A stretch of DNA of 64,000 nt from assembly GCA_964427275.1 (NCBI GenBank), contig CAYRSR010000001.1:20394-84393 (forward strand). The letters are read 5' to 3'. Within the stretch, counting starts at the first letter, position 1, and each line of letters opens with the position of its first letter. The translations under genes were made by a program, and so were the position numbers. The stretch comes from an uncultured Candidatus Saccharibacteria bacterium (lineage in GTDB: Bacteria > Patescibacteriota > Minisyncoccia > UBA6257 > CAYRSR01). Shown here in pieces: positions 39,310 to 47,490 of this stretch. The notes beneath the pieces are model-generated. The model worked only from the letters and a program-made list of their open reading frames with translations, ran no database searches and was not told where the DNA came from.

Positions 39310-39878
39310 ACTTTGTTTCTCTTTTTTCTGTACTTTCTTTTACAAATTTTACAAATAGCCTTTCCTTTCTTAAATTCTAATTTATTTCCACATTCACAAA
39401 CCCAGCCAATAATTCTTGCAGGTACTCCAGCTACAATTGCATAATCTGGAACATCTTTTGTAACCACAGCTCCAGCTCCAATCATTGCCCATTTACCAAT
39501 TTCAATTCCACAAACAATTGTCGCATTTGCTCCAATCGTAGCTCCTTCTTTCACCAATGTAGGAAACCATTTTCCATATTGAGGATATTTTGATTTAGGA
39601 TATTTAGCTCTTGGGTTTTTATCATTAGTAAAAACTGCTGAAGGTCCTACAAAAACGTAATCTTCTAAGGTTACTAAATCCCAAACATCAACATTAGACT
39701 CAAGTTTTACCCCTTTCCCCAGTTTTGCTTTAGAACTTACCAGACAATTATGCCCGATAACACAATTTTCACCAATTTCTGCACCTTTTAAAATCTGACA
39801 ATTTTGCCAAATTTTCGTCCCTTTTCCAATTTTTGCTCCCTTTTGAATCTCAGCAGTTTTATGTGCCCAATAATTCAT
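39294..39878 (-). CDS. hexapeptide-repeat sugar N-acetyltransferase (WbpD/WlbB-like)
   Basis: Left-handed beta-helix repeats and a C-terminal GVPARIIG... region as in UDP-GlcNAc3NA N-acetyltransferases. Confidence 0.8.
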   Translation of the reverse strand: MNYWAHKTAEIQKGAKIGKGTKIWQNCQILKGAEIGENCVIGHNCLVSSKAKLGKGVKLESNVDVWDLVTLEDYVFVGPSAVFTNDKNPRAKYPKSKYPQYGKWFPTLVKEGATIGANATIVCGIEIGKWAMIGAGAVVTKDVPDYAIVAGVPARIIGWVCECGNKLEFKKGKAICKICKRKYRKKRNKVWQLK

Positions 39879-40846
39879 AAATTAATAAGTTTCCCATTTT
39901 TACTCAATGACCTCTGGCAACCTTCTAACACCTTTAATACTTCTAGTGCTTCTTTTCCATCTGTTCTTGGATCTTTTCTTTCCTTGATACATTTCAAAAA
40001 ATGCTTTGCTTCCTCCATTAATGGTTCTTTTTTTGAAATTTTAATCACTTTCCCTTTAGCCTTTATTACTTCCGGATTTTTGTTTTTCCTCCACCTTATC
40101 TTATGGAAATAAATTATAAGCTCATTTTTCACACCATCAAAAACTGCCATTGCCTTTGAGCCAATTATCGACAATTTTTGCTCTTTAAAGGGATTTAGCC
40201 AGGAAACAAAAATGTGAGCTGCTTTTCCTTCTTGAAACTCTAGAGAAGTTAGAGTAATATCGGGAATGTCTTTTTGAAGATATGTCTTTCCAATTGCCCT
40301 AACTTTCTTGGGCATTCCTAAAATATCAAGAATGACTGAAATATCATGAGGAGCAAATGACCATAAAACATTTTCCTCTCTTCTTAACCTACCAAAATTA
40401 AGTCGGTTTGACCAAATATAGCAAATTTTTCCTAATTCCCCTTTCTTTATTATTTCCTTTAACTTTAAAACCGCTGGATGATACAAAAGCAAGTGTCCTA
40501 CCATTAAAATCTTTTTTTTCTTTTCAGTCAATTTTAGTAGTTCTTTACCTTCTTTGACTTTCAGAGCCAGTGGCTTCTCTACAAAAACATCTTTTCCGGA
40601 ATTTAAAGCTAATTTAGCTAACTTATAATGAGTAGCCGAGGGAGTTGAAATCACAACTGCATCAATCTCTCTCTTTTTTAAGACATCTAAAAAATTTGTT
40701 GTTGTTTTAAGCCAAGGAAAGTCTCTTTTTCTCTTCCTTAGAACTTTTTTATCAGAATCACAAATAATCTCTAAAACTCCAAGTTGACTAAAAACCCTAA
40801 CCAAATTCTTTCCCCAGTATCCTGTCCCAATTATTGCTACTTTCAT
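39875..40846 (-). CDS. Gfo/Idh/MocA-family oxidoreductase (WbpB-like)
   Basis: N-terminal Rossmann [14 protein letters not shown]. 323 aa. Confidence 0.8.
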   Translation of the reverse strand: MKVAIIGTGYWGKNLVRVFSQLGVLEIICDSDKKVLRKRKRDFPWLKTTTNFLDVLKKREIDAVVISTPSATHYKLAKLALNSGKDVFVEKPLALKVKEGKELLKLTEKKKKILMVGHLLLYHPAVLKLKEIIKKGELGKICYIWSNRLNFGRLRREENVLWSFAPHDISVILDILGMPKKVRAIGKTYLQKDIPDITLTSLEFQEGKAAHIFVSWLNPFKEQKLSIIGSKAMAVFDGVKNELIIYFHKIRWRKNKNPEVIKAKGKVIKISKKEPLMEEAKHFLKCIKERKDPRTDGKEALEVLKVLEGCQRSLSKNGKLINL

Positions 40847-40852
40847 AAGTCT

Positions 40853-42169
40853 TTACCACCAAGACACATTTTTGTATTCTCTCGATTTAATAGCATTTCT
40901 GGTATCAACTACCAATTTTGCATTTTTAGCAATTTCATTGTAATCAAATCCTGAGTGATCTGTAAGAATTAAGACCAAATCATACCTTTTTAAAACTTCA
41001 GGAGAATACTTAATTGATTCTAAAATTATTGGTTTCTTTAATCTATGATTTTTAACCTCAAATTTTTTAATGTAAGGGTCAAAATAATCAAGCCTGGCTC
41101 TCTTTCGCAAGAGATCCCATATTACTCGGTGAGCTGCTGATTCTCTTGAATCGGCAATATCTCTCTTATAAGCTACTCCCCAAACCAAAATTTTAGAATC
41201 CTTAACTGGCTTTTTGTTTCTATTTAGAAGAGTAATTACTCTAGTAACTACAAAATGTGGCATTTGTTCATTAATCTGTCCAGCTAATTCAATAAATCGG
41301 GGCCAGAAATTAAATTCTCTAGCACGAAAAGAAAGATAGAATGGATCAACTCCAATACAATGACCGCCACAACGAGGAGAAGGATAAAAAGGCATAAAGC
41401 CAAAAGGCTTTGTTTTTGCCGCCTCAATTACTTCCCAGATATCGATTCCCATTTTGCCACAAAGTAAAGCCAGTTCATTTATCATTGAAATGTTTACCAG
41501 TCGAAAAGTGTTTTCTAAAATTTTGGTCATTTCGGCAGTTTCAGGAAAAGTTAGTGGCATTATTTGAGCTTCAATAAAGCTCTGATAAAATTGAGTAGCA
41601 AGTTTAGTACATTTTCTGGTTATTCCTCCTACTACTCTGGGAATACTTTTTAACTGATATTTTTTGTTTCCTGGATCAAGTCTTTCTGGTGAATAAGCTA
41701 AAAAGAAATCTCTACCAACCTTTAAACCAGTCTTTTGAAGGATTGGTAAAACTACTTCCCTGGTTGTTCCAGGATAAGTGCTACTTTCTAAAATAATAAG
41801 TTGGTGTCTATGTAAATATTTTGCAATTTCTTTTGTAGCTGATTTTATATAGGAAATATCAGGAATTTTGTTTTTATCTAAAGGAGTTGGAACGCAGATT
41901 AAAACAACATCCGATTTTTTTAAACACAGATAATCATTAAAGACTTCTAATCTTTTAGAAGCTATTGCTTTCTTTAAATCTTCTGAAGTCACATCAAAAA
42001 TGTAAGACCTTCCTATATTAATCTGCCTAACTCTTTGATTATTTTTATCTATGCCAAAAACTTTAAAGCCTACCCTGGTTAGTTGAACAACAGTAGGCAA
42101 TCCTACATAACCTAAACCGATAACTGTAACTTTTGCTTTTCTATTTCTAATTAACCTATCCAAGTTCAT
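40853..42169 (-). CDS. UDP-N-acetyl-D-glucosamine/mannosamine 6-dehydrogenase (WbpA/WecC-like nucleotide-sugar dehydrogenase)
   Basis: VTVIGLGYVGLP Rossmann motif and the three-domain UDPGDH architecture. The ATG at 42169 is preferred over the TTG at 42178. Confidence 0.85.
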   Translation of the reverse strand: MNLDRLIRNRKAKVTVIGLGYVGLPTVVQLTRVGFKVFGIDKNNQRVRQINIGRSYIFDVTSEDLKKAIASKRLEVFNDYLCLKKSDVVLICVPTPLDKNKIPDISYIKSATKEIAKYLHRHQLIILESSTYPGTTREVVLPILQKTGLKVGRDFFLAYSPERLDPGNKKYQLKSIPRVVGGITRKCTKLATQFYQSFIEAQIMPLTFPETAEMTKILENTFRLVNISMINELALLCGKMGIDIWEVIEAAKTKPFGFMPFYPSPRCGGHCIGVDPFYLSFRAREFNFWPRFIELAGQINEQMPHFVVTRVITLLNRNKKPVKDSKILVWGVAYKRDIADSRESAAHRVIWDLLRKRARLDYFDPYIKKFEVKNHRLKKPIILESIKYSPEVLKRYDLVLILTDHSGFDYNEIAKNAKLVVDTRNAIKSREYKNVSWW

Positions 42170-42299
42170 AAATTTCAATTTTTCTTTTGATGTTTATGTG
42201 CTTTTCTTATCATCACTTTTAAATATTTTTGATAAATAAACCTACTTGGTGTTCTAAAGGCTAATTTTCCTTTTTTAGCTCTTTTTGACGAGTATTTTT

Positions 42300-43367
42300 T
42301 CATTGTCTGAGTTCTTCAAACCATTGGTGAACCATTTTGAGACCTTCTTTGAGATCAACTTTTGATTGCCAGCCAAGTAATTTTTTAGCCAGAGTTATAT
42401 CAGCTCGAGTATGATAAACATCACCATCTCTTGGTGGTAAATATTGTTTTTTGCCACCAACTAAATCGGCTAGGTAATTTATTGAGTAGGATTTTTCACT
42501 GCTCATGTTAATTACTTCTCCCCCTTTTAGCTTCTCACTTTCCATTGCTTTAATAGTTGCATCAATTGCATCGTCGACATAACAAAATCCTCTGGTCTGC
42601 TTACCATCACCATAAATAGTTAATGGCTTACCTTCAATTTTTTGTTTTAAAAATTTTCCAATTACCAAACTGTATTCGGAATCAAAGTCAATTCTGGGCC
42701 CATATATGTTGAAGTATCGTAAAGAAATAATTGGTGTCCTATAAAGATTGGTAAATAGCTTAGCAAATTGTTCCCCAACTAATTTCTGTAAGCCGTAAGG
42801 ACTAACAGGCTCAGGGGTCATATCTTCTTTGAAAGGTAGTTTTTCTTGATTACCATAAACAGCCGAAGAAGAAGCAAAAACAACTCTCTTTACTCTACTC
42901 TCAGCTGAAGCCTTAAATACACTGATTGTTCCAAGAATATTAACCTTAGAAGTCCTGACAGGATCCTCAACTGAAAGAGGCACTCTTGGAATAGCTGCTA
43001 AATGAAAAACATAATCAACTTTTTGAAAAAGTGGTTTAATCTTATCAAAATTACAAATATCAAGTTCATAAAATTCAGCTTTAGGATTTAAATTCTCCCT
43101 TTTACCAGTGGATAGATCATCAATTACAATTACTTTATAGTTTTCTTTAATTAATCTATCTACTAAATGACTTCCAATAAAACCAGCACCACCAGTAACT
43201 AAGATTGTTTGATGTTTGAGGTTAGATGTTCGATGTTGGAGATTGGAAGTTGGAAGTTGGAGGTTGGAGGTTGGAGGTTGGAAGTTGGAGGTTTGAGGTT
43301 GGAAGTTTGACGTTTGATGTTGGATATTAGATGTTAGATGTTGGAGGTTTGATGTTTGATGTTTCAT
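42300..43367 (-). CDS. NAD-dependent epimerase/dehydratase (UDP-sugar 4-epimerase / UXS-like) with heptamer-repeat-encoded N-terminal tail
   Basis: TGGAGFIGSHL Rossmann motif and YxxxK. The first 54 codons, (H/Q)QTSN(L/F)Q repeats, are encoded by a (AACWTCY)n heptamer tract. Confidence 0.8.
   Translation of the reverse strand: MKHQTSNLQHLTSNIQHQTSNFQPQTSNFQPPTSNLQLPTSNLQHRTSNLKHQTILVTGGAGFIGSHLVDRLIKENYKVIVIDDLSTGKRENLNPKAEFYELDICNFDKIKPLFQKVDYVFHLAAIPRVPLSVEDPVRTSKVNILGTISVFKASAESRVKRVVFASSSAVYGNQEKLPFKEDMTPEPVSPYGLQKLVGEQFAKLFTNLYRTPIISLRYFNIYGPRIDFDSEYSLVIGKFLKQKIEGKPLTIYGDGKQTRGFCYVDDAIDATIKAMESEKLKGGEVINMSSEKSYSINYLADLVGGKKQYLPPRDGDVYHTRADITLAKKLLGWQSKVDLKEGLKMVHQWFEELRQ
43205..43364. 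repeat. tandem heptanucleotide repeat tract, about 23 units of GADGTTD (plus strand), within the 5' coding end of the epimerase gene
   Basis: Read directly: gatgttt gaggtta gatgttc gatgttg gagattg gaagttg gaagttg gaggttg gaggttg gaggttg gaagttg gaggttt gaggttg gaagttt gacgttt gatgttg gatatta gatgtta gatgttg gaggttt gatgttt gatgttt. Confidence 0.85.
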
Positions 43368-43753
43368 TGTTTTTTTAGATATCTTTTTAAACTTAATAAC
43401 TTGAAAAATAATTCATCGATTCTGGTGATGATTTGATTAAAGGTTATTTTAGATATGTATTTTAAATTCTCGGCAATAATACAACAAGCCTTTACCTCTA
43501 TCAAAGAACCTAATGCAATATCCACAAACCTTGCAAATTCTTTCTTGTTTCGCGCACTTCCTTCTGTAATATTCAATATCACTGAAATTGCCGCTCGTTT
43601 CAATTGAGCACCCAAAATGAATGTTTCTTCCTTAGGAAATTTTAAACTAAGATTGTAAATTTCCTTAAGTAATTCATTTGCTAACTTATAAACTTCTAAA
43701 TTTCCAAAATTATACTTCTGATACATAATTCCAACATCCAACATATCCAACAT
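43364..43753 (-). CDS. four-helix-bundle protein (23S rRNA intervening-sequence protein family, TIGR02436-like)
   Basis: 129 aa. YKLANELLKEIYNLSLKFPKEE...QLKRAAISVILNITEGSAR...EFARFVDIALGSLIEV is typical of the family. Confidence 0.7.
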   Translation of the reverse strand: MLDMLDVGIMYQKYNFGNLEVYKLANELLKEIYNLSLKFPKEETFILGAQLKRAAISVILNITEGSARNKKEFARFVDIALGSLIEVKACCIIAENLKYISKITFNQIITRIDELFFKLLSLKRYLKKQ

Positions 43754-43770
43754 CTAACATCTAACATCAT
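43729..43770. repeat. heptamer tract (CCAACAT/ATCTAAC x about 6), inverted orientation relative to 43205-43364
   Basis: ccaacat ccaacat atccaac atctaac atctaac atc spans the start codon of the four-helix-bundle gene and the stop of the upstream YqeY gene. Confidence 0.7.
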
Positions 43771-44276
43771 TTAGCTTTTTTCAGGAGTAAGTCTTTGACT
43801 ATTTTTGCGATTAATTGAGGTTCAGCTTTTCCTTTGAATTTAGACATCATCTCCTTCATTACTTTTCCCATATCAGCTATAGATTTTGCTTTGAGTTTTT
43901 CTATAACTTGCTGGGCTGACTTTTCAATTTCTGTAGCAGAAGCTTGCTTGGGTAAATACTTTTTCAGAATCTCTATCTCGGCCTGTTCTTTTTTAGCTAG
44001 TTCTTCTCTCCCTCCTTTTCGATACAGTTTAATTGAATCAGTTCGCTTTTTTATTTCCGAATAAATCAAGTCAATTATTTCCTGATCAGTTAAACTACTT
44101 TGCTTAGTTAGTTCTGATTCAGTTATTGATTTACTTTGTTTAAGAATTCTTACTCTTTTTTCCTTTTCACGATTTAAAATAGATGTTTTTAAAAGCCTCA
44201 GCACCGAAAGAACTTCGGTTTGTTTATTTTTTAAAGCTAATTTAAAATCCCGTTCAATTTCTTGCTTAAGAGACAT
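43767..44276 (-). CDS. GatB/YqeY domain protein
   Basis: MSLKQEIERDFKLALKNKQTEVLSVLRLLKTSI start is typical of YqeY. The ATG at 44276 is preferred over the GTG at 44306. Confidence 0.7.
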   Translation of the reverse strand: MSLKQEIERDFKLALKNKQTEVLSVLRLLKTSILNREKEKRVRILKQSKSITESELTKQSSLTDQEIIDLIYSEIKKRTDSIKLYRKGGREELAKKEQAEIEILKKYLPKQASATEIEKSAQQVIEKLKAKSIADMGKVMKEMMSKFKGKAEPQLIAKIVKDLLLKKAK

Positions 44277-44281
44277 AATAA

Positions 44282-45277
44282 CTACTTTGTTTTTTCTAAA
44301 TACCACTTTAAAGTTTTTTCTAATCCTTCATCCAGACTGTACTTTGGTTCAAATTCAAGCTCTCTTTTAGCTTTAGAGTAATCTAGAGCAACTCGGCCAA
44401 CCTCACCTCTTTTTTCTGGAACATATATTTTGGCTACATCTATCCTGGTTAACTTTTTAATCTTATCAAATAAGCTATTTATGCTAGTCTCTACACCAGT
44501 CCCAATATTAAATATTCCAGTTTTATCTTTCTTTAAAGCTAAAATTGCAGCATCTATCGCATCGTCTATGTAAATAAAATCTCTAGTTTGAGTTCCATCT
44601 CCAATAATAGTAGGCTGCTCACCAGCTAGCATCTTTTTAAAAAATACCGAAATTACTCCAGCTTCAGCAGAAATTCCCTGTCTTGGTCCATAGACATTTG
44701 AGTAACGCAAGGAAATACTCGGTACCTGATATACTTCGCGATAATAGTCCAAGTACTTTTCTACTGCTAGCTTAGCCACTACACATGGAGCAATAGGTCT
44801 TTCTGGAGAAGTTTCAGGAGTAGGAATGACATCTGCTTCTCCATAAATTGCTCCACCAGTAGAGAAAAATATAAACTTAGAATCAGTAATTTCCACCGGC
44901 AAGAAATGTAAAAAATTTTTTAACACATTTAAAGAGCCCATAATATTTATCCGGGCATCCCAGTCAGGATTATCTAGCGACTTTCTTATATCCACCTGAG
45001 CAGCTAGATGGAACACTGTCTGAGGTCTTTCTTTTTTAAATATTTTGGAAATTTTAGGTGAGCAAATATCTACTTTATAAAAACTTGCTTTTTTGTTCAC
45101 CAGCTCTTTTCTTCCGGTAGAGAGATTATCAATAACTACTACCTTAAAGCCAAGTTCTACTAATCTATCCACCAGATGAGAACCAATAAATCCAGCTCCA
45201 CCAGTAACTAAGATTGTTTGAGGTTTGAGGTTAGACGTTGGATGTTGGATATTAGAGGTTTGATGTTTTTCCAGCAT
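44282..45277 (-). CDS. NAD-dependent epimerase/dehydratase (paralog) with short heptamer-repeat-encoded N-terminus
   Basis: MLEKHQTSNIQHPTSNLKPQT followed by ILVTGGAGFIGSHLVDRL. The ATG at 45277 is preferred over the ORF-track TTG at 45331. Confidence 0.8.
   Translation of the reverse strand: MLEKHQTSNIQHPTSNLKPQTILVTGGAGFIGSHLVDRLVELGFKVVVIDNLSTGRKELVNKKASFYKVDICSPKISKIFKKERPQTVFHLAAQVDIRKSLDNPDWDARINIMGSLNVLKNFLHFLPVEITDSKFIFFSTGGAIYGEADVIPTPETSPERPIAPCVVAKLAVEKYLDYYREVYQVPSISLRYSNVYGPRQGISAEAGVISVFFKKMLAGEQPTIIGDGTQTRDFIYIDDAIDAAILALKKDKTGIFNIGTGVETSINSLFDKIKKLTRIDVAKIYVPEKRGEVGRVALDYSKAKRELEFEPKYSLDEGLEKTLKWYLEKTK
45215..45268. repeat. heptamer tract (about 8 units: gtttgag gtttgag gttagac gttggat gttggat attagag gtttgat) in the 5' coding end of the second epimerase gene
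   Basis: Same unit family and the same adjoining 22-nt sequence (CCACCAGTAACTAAGATTGTTT) as at 43183-43206. Confidence 0.8.
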
Positions 45278-45409
45278 TGAGATGATTATAACATATCTTA
45301 AAAGTAGTTTGCACCACTTGACAAATTGCAAAAATGTTAGTATAATTAGGTCAGCTTAAGGGAATTAACAAAAAAATAAGGTTGGTAGAATTGAAAAAGG
45401 AGGTTCGAA

Positions 45410-45637
45410 ATGAATGAAAAGAAAGAAAGATTTAATAAAGCTGTAAAACTATGTGCAAAAAGTCCAGTGTTAGTCGCTAAAAGAATTCTGAAGGCTGGAG
45501 TATACGATGAAACAGCAGTTTATCTTTTTTGTCAGAAACTCTATAATGCAGTGTTAAAAGTAAATGAGGAATCAGCAGAAATTTTTGCTAAAAAGCTAGA
45601 AGAAGAAGGAATTAAACTGGCTTGCAGGAGGAAATAA
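45410..45637 (+). CDS. small hypothetical protein
   Basis: 75 aa. Strong SD AAAAAGGAGGTTCGAA-ATG. Followed by a terminator. Confidence 0.45.
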   Translation: MNEKKERFNKAVKLCAKSPVLVAKRILKAGVYDETAVYLFCQKLYNAVLKVNEESAEIFAKKLEEEGIKLACRRK

Positions 45638-45654
45638 ATTATCAAATAAATTTA

Positions 45655-45708
45655 TGCCGCGAGTGGAGCCATCATCCTTATAACTTCTTCTCCCTCGCGG
45701 CTCTTTTC
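45655..45708 (+). terminator. rho-independent terminator
   Basis: GCCGCGAGTGG...CCCTCGCGGC stem followed by TCTTTTCC. Confidence 0.5.
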
Positions 45709-45736
45709 CTGAATAGCAAGTTAAAAGGAGGTAAAA

Positions 45737-46126
45737 ATGAAAAGGATGATATGGTTGATTGTTGGAGGGTTAATGATAATATCCCTGTGCGGTTGTATAA
45801 CCACTGGGACGATAAGATATCCTAGAGTTCGTGTAAGAACAAACCTTCCAATTCATTTATACCGGGATTTAACAGTAGTAGTAGTAAATGCCTCAGACTT
45901 TCAAGTTAAGTTAATTATTGATGGCAAGTTAAAAGCTGAACTTCAAAGCGGAAAAAGTGTAACTATATTCTTTAACAACTACACCACCAGAAGCGCAAGG
46001 GTTTGTATAACCGCAATTGCCTATAAAGGAGATAAGGTAATTGGAGCAACTGCAAGAAGATTCAATGTATCAGGATATTATAAAGATTCAACAAGCTGGA
46101 TATTAAGAAATAAAGATTTTAGATAA
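45737..46126 (+). CDS. lipoprotein, hypothetical
   Basis: Signal peptide with lipobox (IISLCGC). SD AAAAGGAGGTAAAA-ATG. 129 aa. Confidence 0.55.
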   Translation: MKRMIWLIVGGLMIISLCGCITTGTIRYPRVRVRTNLPIHLYRDLTVVVVNASDFQVKLIIDGKLKAELQSGKSVTIFFNNYTTRSARVCITAIAYKGDKVIGATARRFNVSGYYKDSTSWILRNKDFR

Positions 46127-46141
46127 AAAACATTAATTTAA

Positions 46142-46200
46142 TCCTGCCCGTGAGTGGAGCTATTATAATATCTTTCTTTTCTCCCTCGCGGGCTTTTTAT
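46142..46200 (+). terminator. rho-independent terminator (paralogous in sequence to 45655-45708)
   Basis: CCCGTGAGTGGAGC...CTCCCTCGCGGG stem followed by CTTTTTATTT. Confidence 0.5.
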
Positions 46201-46288
46201 TTCAACAAACTAAGGTTGACAAATTTTAAAAAGTTGTTAAAATTCAAAGCGGAAAATTGAAAATTAAGTAAAGGAAGGAGGTGGAGAT

Positions 46289-46885
46289 ATGTTTAAAAAA
46301 AGATTTGGGTTAAAGGAAGCTTTGAAGGTTTTAGAAAAAAAGCCAGATATTTATGAAAGCGAAGTCAAGGTTGGAATAGCGTTCTTGGAAGCACTAGGGA
46401 TCCCAAATGTTGCATCAAAAGAGGCCAGTCAAAGAATAGAGGAGTTAGAACGTCACCAACGACAGTTGAAACAGGCTGTCAAGCTTGGAGAAGCTAGAAT
46501 TAATTCAATAGCTTCTAGTGTTGCTGAAAAAATTTCAGCTGTAGCCGAAAAGGGAGCTAAGCTGGTTGAAAAACTAAATAAAGAATTAGTTGCTTCGATA
46601 GTTAAAATCACTAGTAAAGCACAGAGAAAGGTTGTTAAGTTGCAAACCAAAATATCTAGAGTCCTAAGGTGGAAAGTGGAAGAAATAAACAAAGTTCAGC
46701 AGGTAACCAAGCAGCTTAAAGAAGAAATTGCCAGACAGGTTGAAAGAGAGACAATTAGGATCAGAATGCAAGCAAGTCAGGAAATAAAAAGGATTAAGGA
46801 AGACATTAAAGAACTTCAGAAAAAAGTTGAAAAACAAGAGAAAGAAGTTTCAACTTTAGAAGAAGTAGTCAGATTATTTAAATAA
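46289..46885 (+). CDS. coiled-coil hypothetical protein
   Basis: 198 aa rich in heptad-like K/E segments. SD GGAAGGAGGTGGAG-ATATG. Confidence 0.5.
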   Translation: MFKKRFGLKEALKVLEKKPDIYESEVKVGIAFLEALGIPNVASKEASQRIEELERHQRQLKQAVKLGEARINSIASSVAEKISAVAEKGAKLVEKLNKELVASIVKITSKAQRKVVKLQTKISRVLRWKVEEINKVQQVTKQLKEEIARQVERETIRIRMQASQEIKRIKEDIKELQKKVEKQEKEVSTLEEVVRLFK

Positions 46886-46902
46886 TATTTAAATAATAAT
46901 TA

Positions 46903-46930
46903 AAGGGGGCACAAAAGTGCCCCTTTTTAT
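46903..46930 (+). terminator. rho-independent terminator
   Basis: AAAGGGGGCAC-aaaa-GTGCCCCCTTTTTATTTT. Confidence 0.6.
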
Positions 46931-46980
46931 TTTAAAATCTAGACAAAATTTTAAAAAAGTGTTAAAATTTTTTTAAGCTT

Positions 46981-47490
46981 ATGGCTGGACATTCTCACTG
47001 GAAACAAACTAAATATAAGAAAGCTATAGTTGATGCTAAAAAAGGAAAAATATTTTCAAAGTTAATTCACGAAATCATGGTTGCTGCTCAAGCTGAACCA
47101 AACCCTGAGTTTAATCCCAGGCTAAGACAGGCAATCGAAAAAGCCAAGCAAGCCAGAGTACCCCAAGAAAACATTAAGCGAGCTATTGAAAAAAGCAGAC
47201 AAGTAGAAGAGCTAATTTTAGAAGGGTATGGTCCAGAAGGAGTTGGTTTAATTGTTCAAGTTACATCAACAAATAAGCAAGGAGTTTTGTCTGCAATTAA
47301 AAAAATCTTCACTAAATACCAGGGAAAGCTAGTTGATAAAGGAGGTGTAAGTTGGGCTTTTGACTCTCAATTCCAGCCAAAATTTCTTCAAAAAATATCT
47401 GAATCAGGAAAAAACACCTTACAGCAGTTAATTTCCGAGTTAAACCAGTTAGAGGAAGTCAAAAAGATAATTACAAACGCTGAAAATTAA
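46981..47490 (+). CDS. YebC/PmpR-family protein (short form)
   Basis: MAGHSHWKQTKYKKAIVDAKKGKIFSKLIHEIMVAAQ matches the family N-terminus. 169 aa, shorter than the usual roughly 240. Confidence 0.6.
   Translation: MAGHSHWKQTKYKKAIVDAKKGKIFSKLIHEIMVAAQAEPNPEFNPRLRQAIEKAKQARVPQENIKRAIEKSRQVEELILEGYGPEGVGLIVQVTSTNKQGVLSAIKKIFTKYQGKLVDKGGVSWAFDSQFQPKFLQKISESGKNTLQQLISELNQLEEVKKIITNAEN

Noticed and set aside
45277-45331. ORF-track 5' extension of the second epimerase (MQFVKWCKLLLRYVIIISMLEKHQ...)
   Set aside because: It starts at a TTG and has no SD. The paralog begins directly with the repeat-encoded tail, and ATG 45277 gives the homologous start.
45622-45825. 67-aa ORF overlapping a terminator hairpin
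   Set aside because: It spans the intrinsic terminator and the SD of the next gene, has no RBS and is low-complexity. It is likely spurious.
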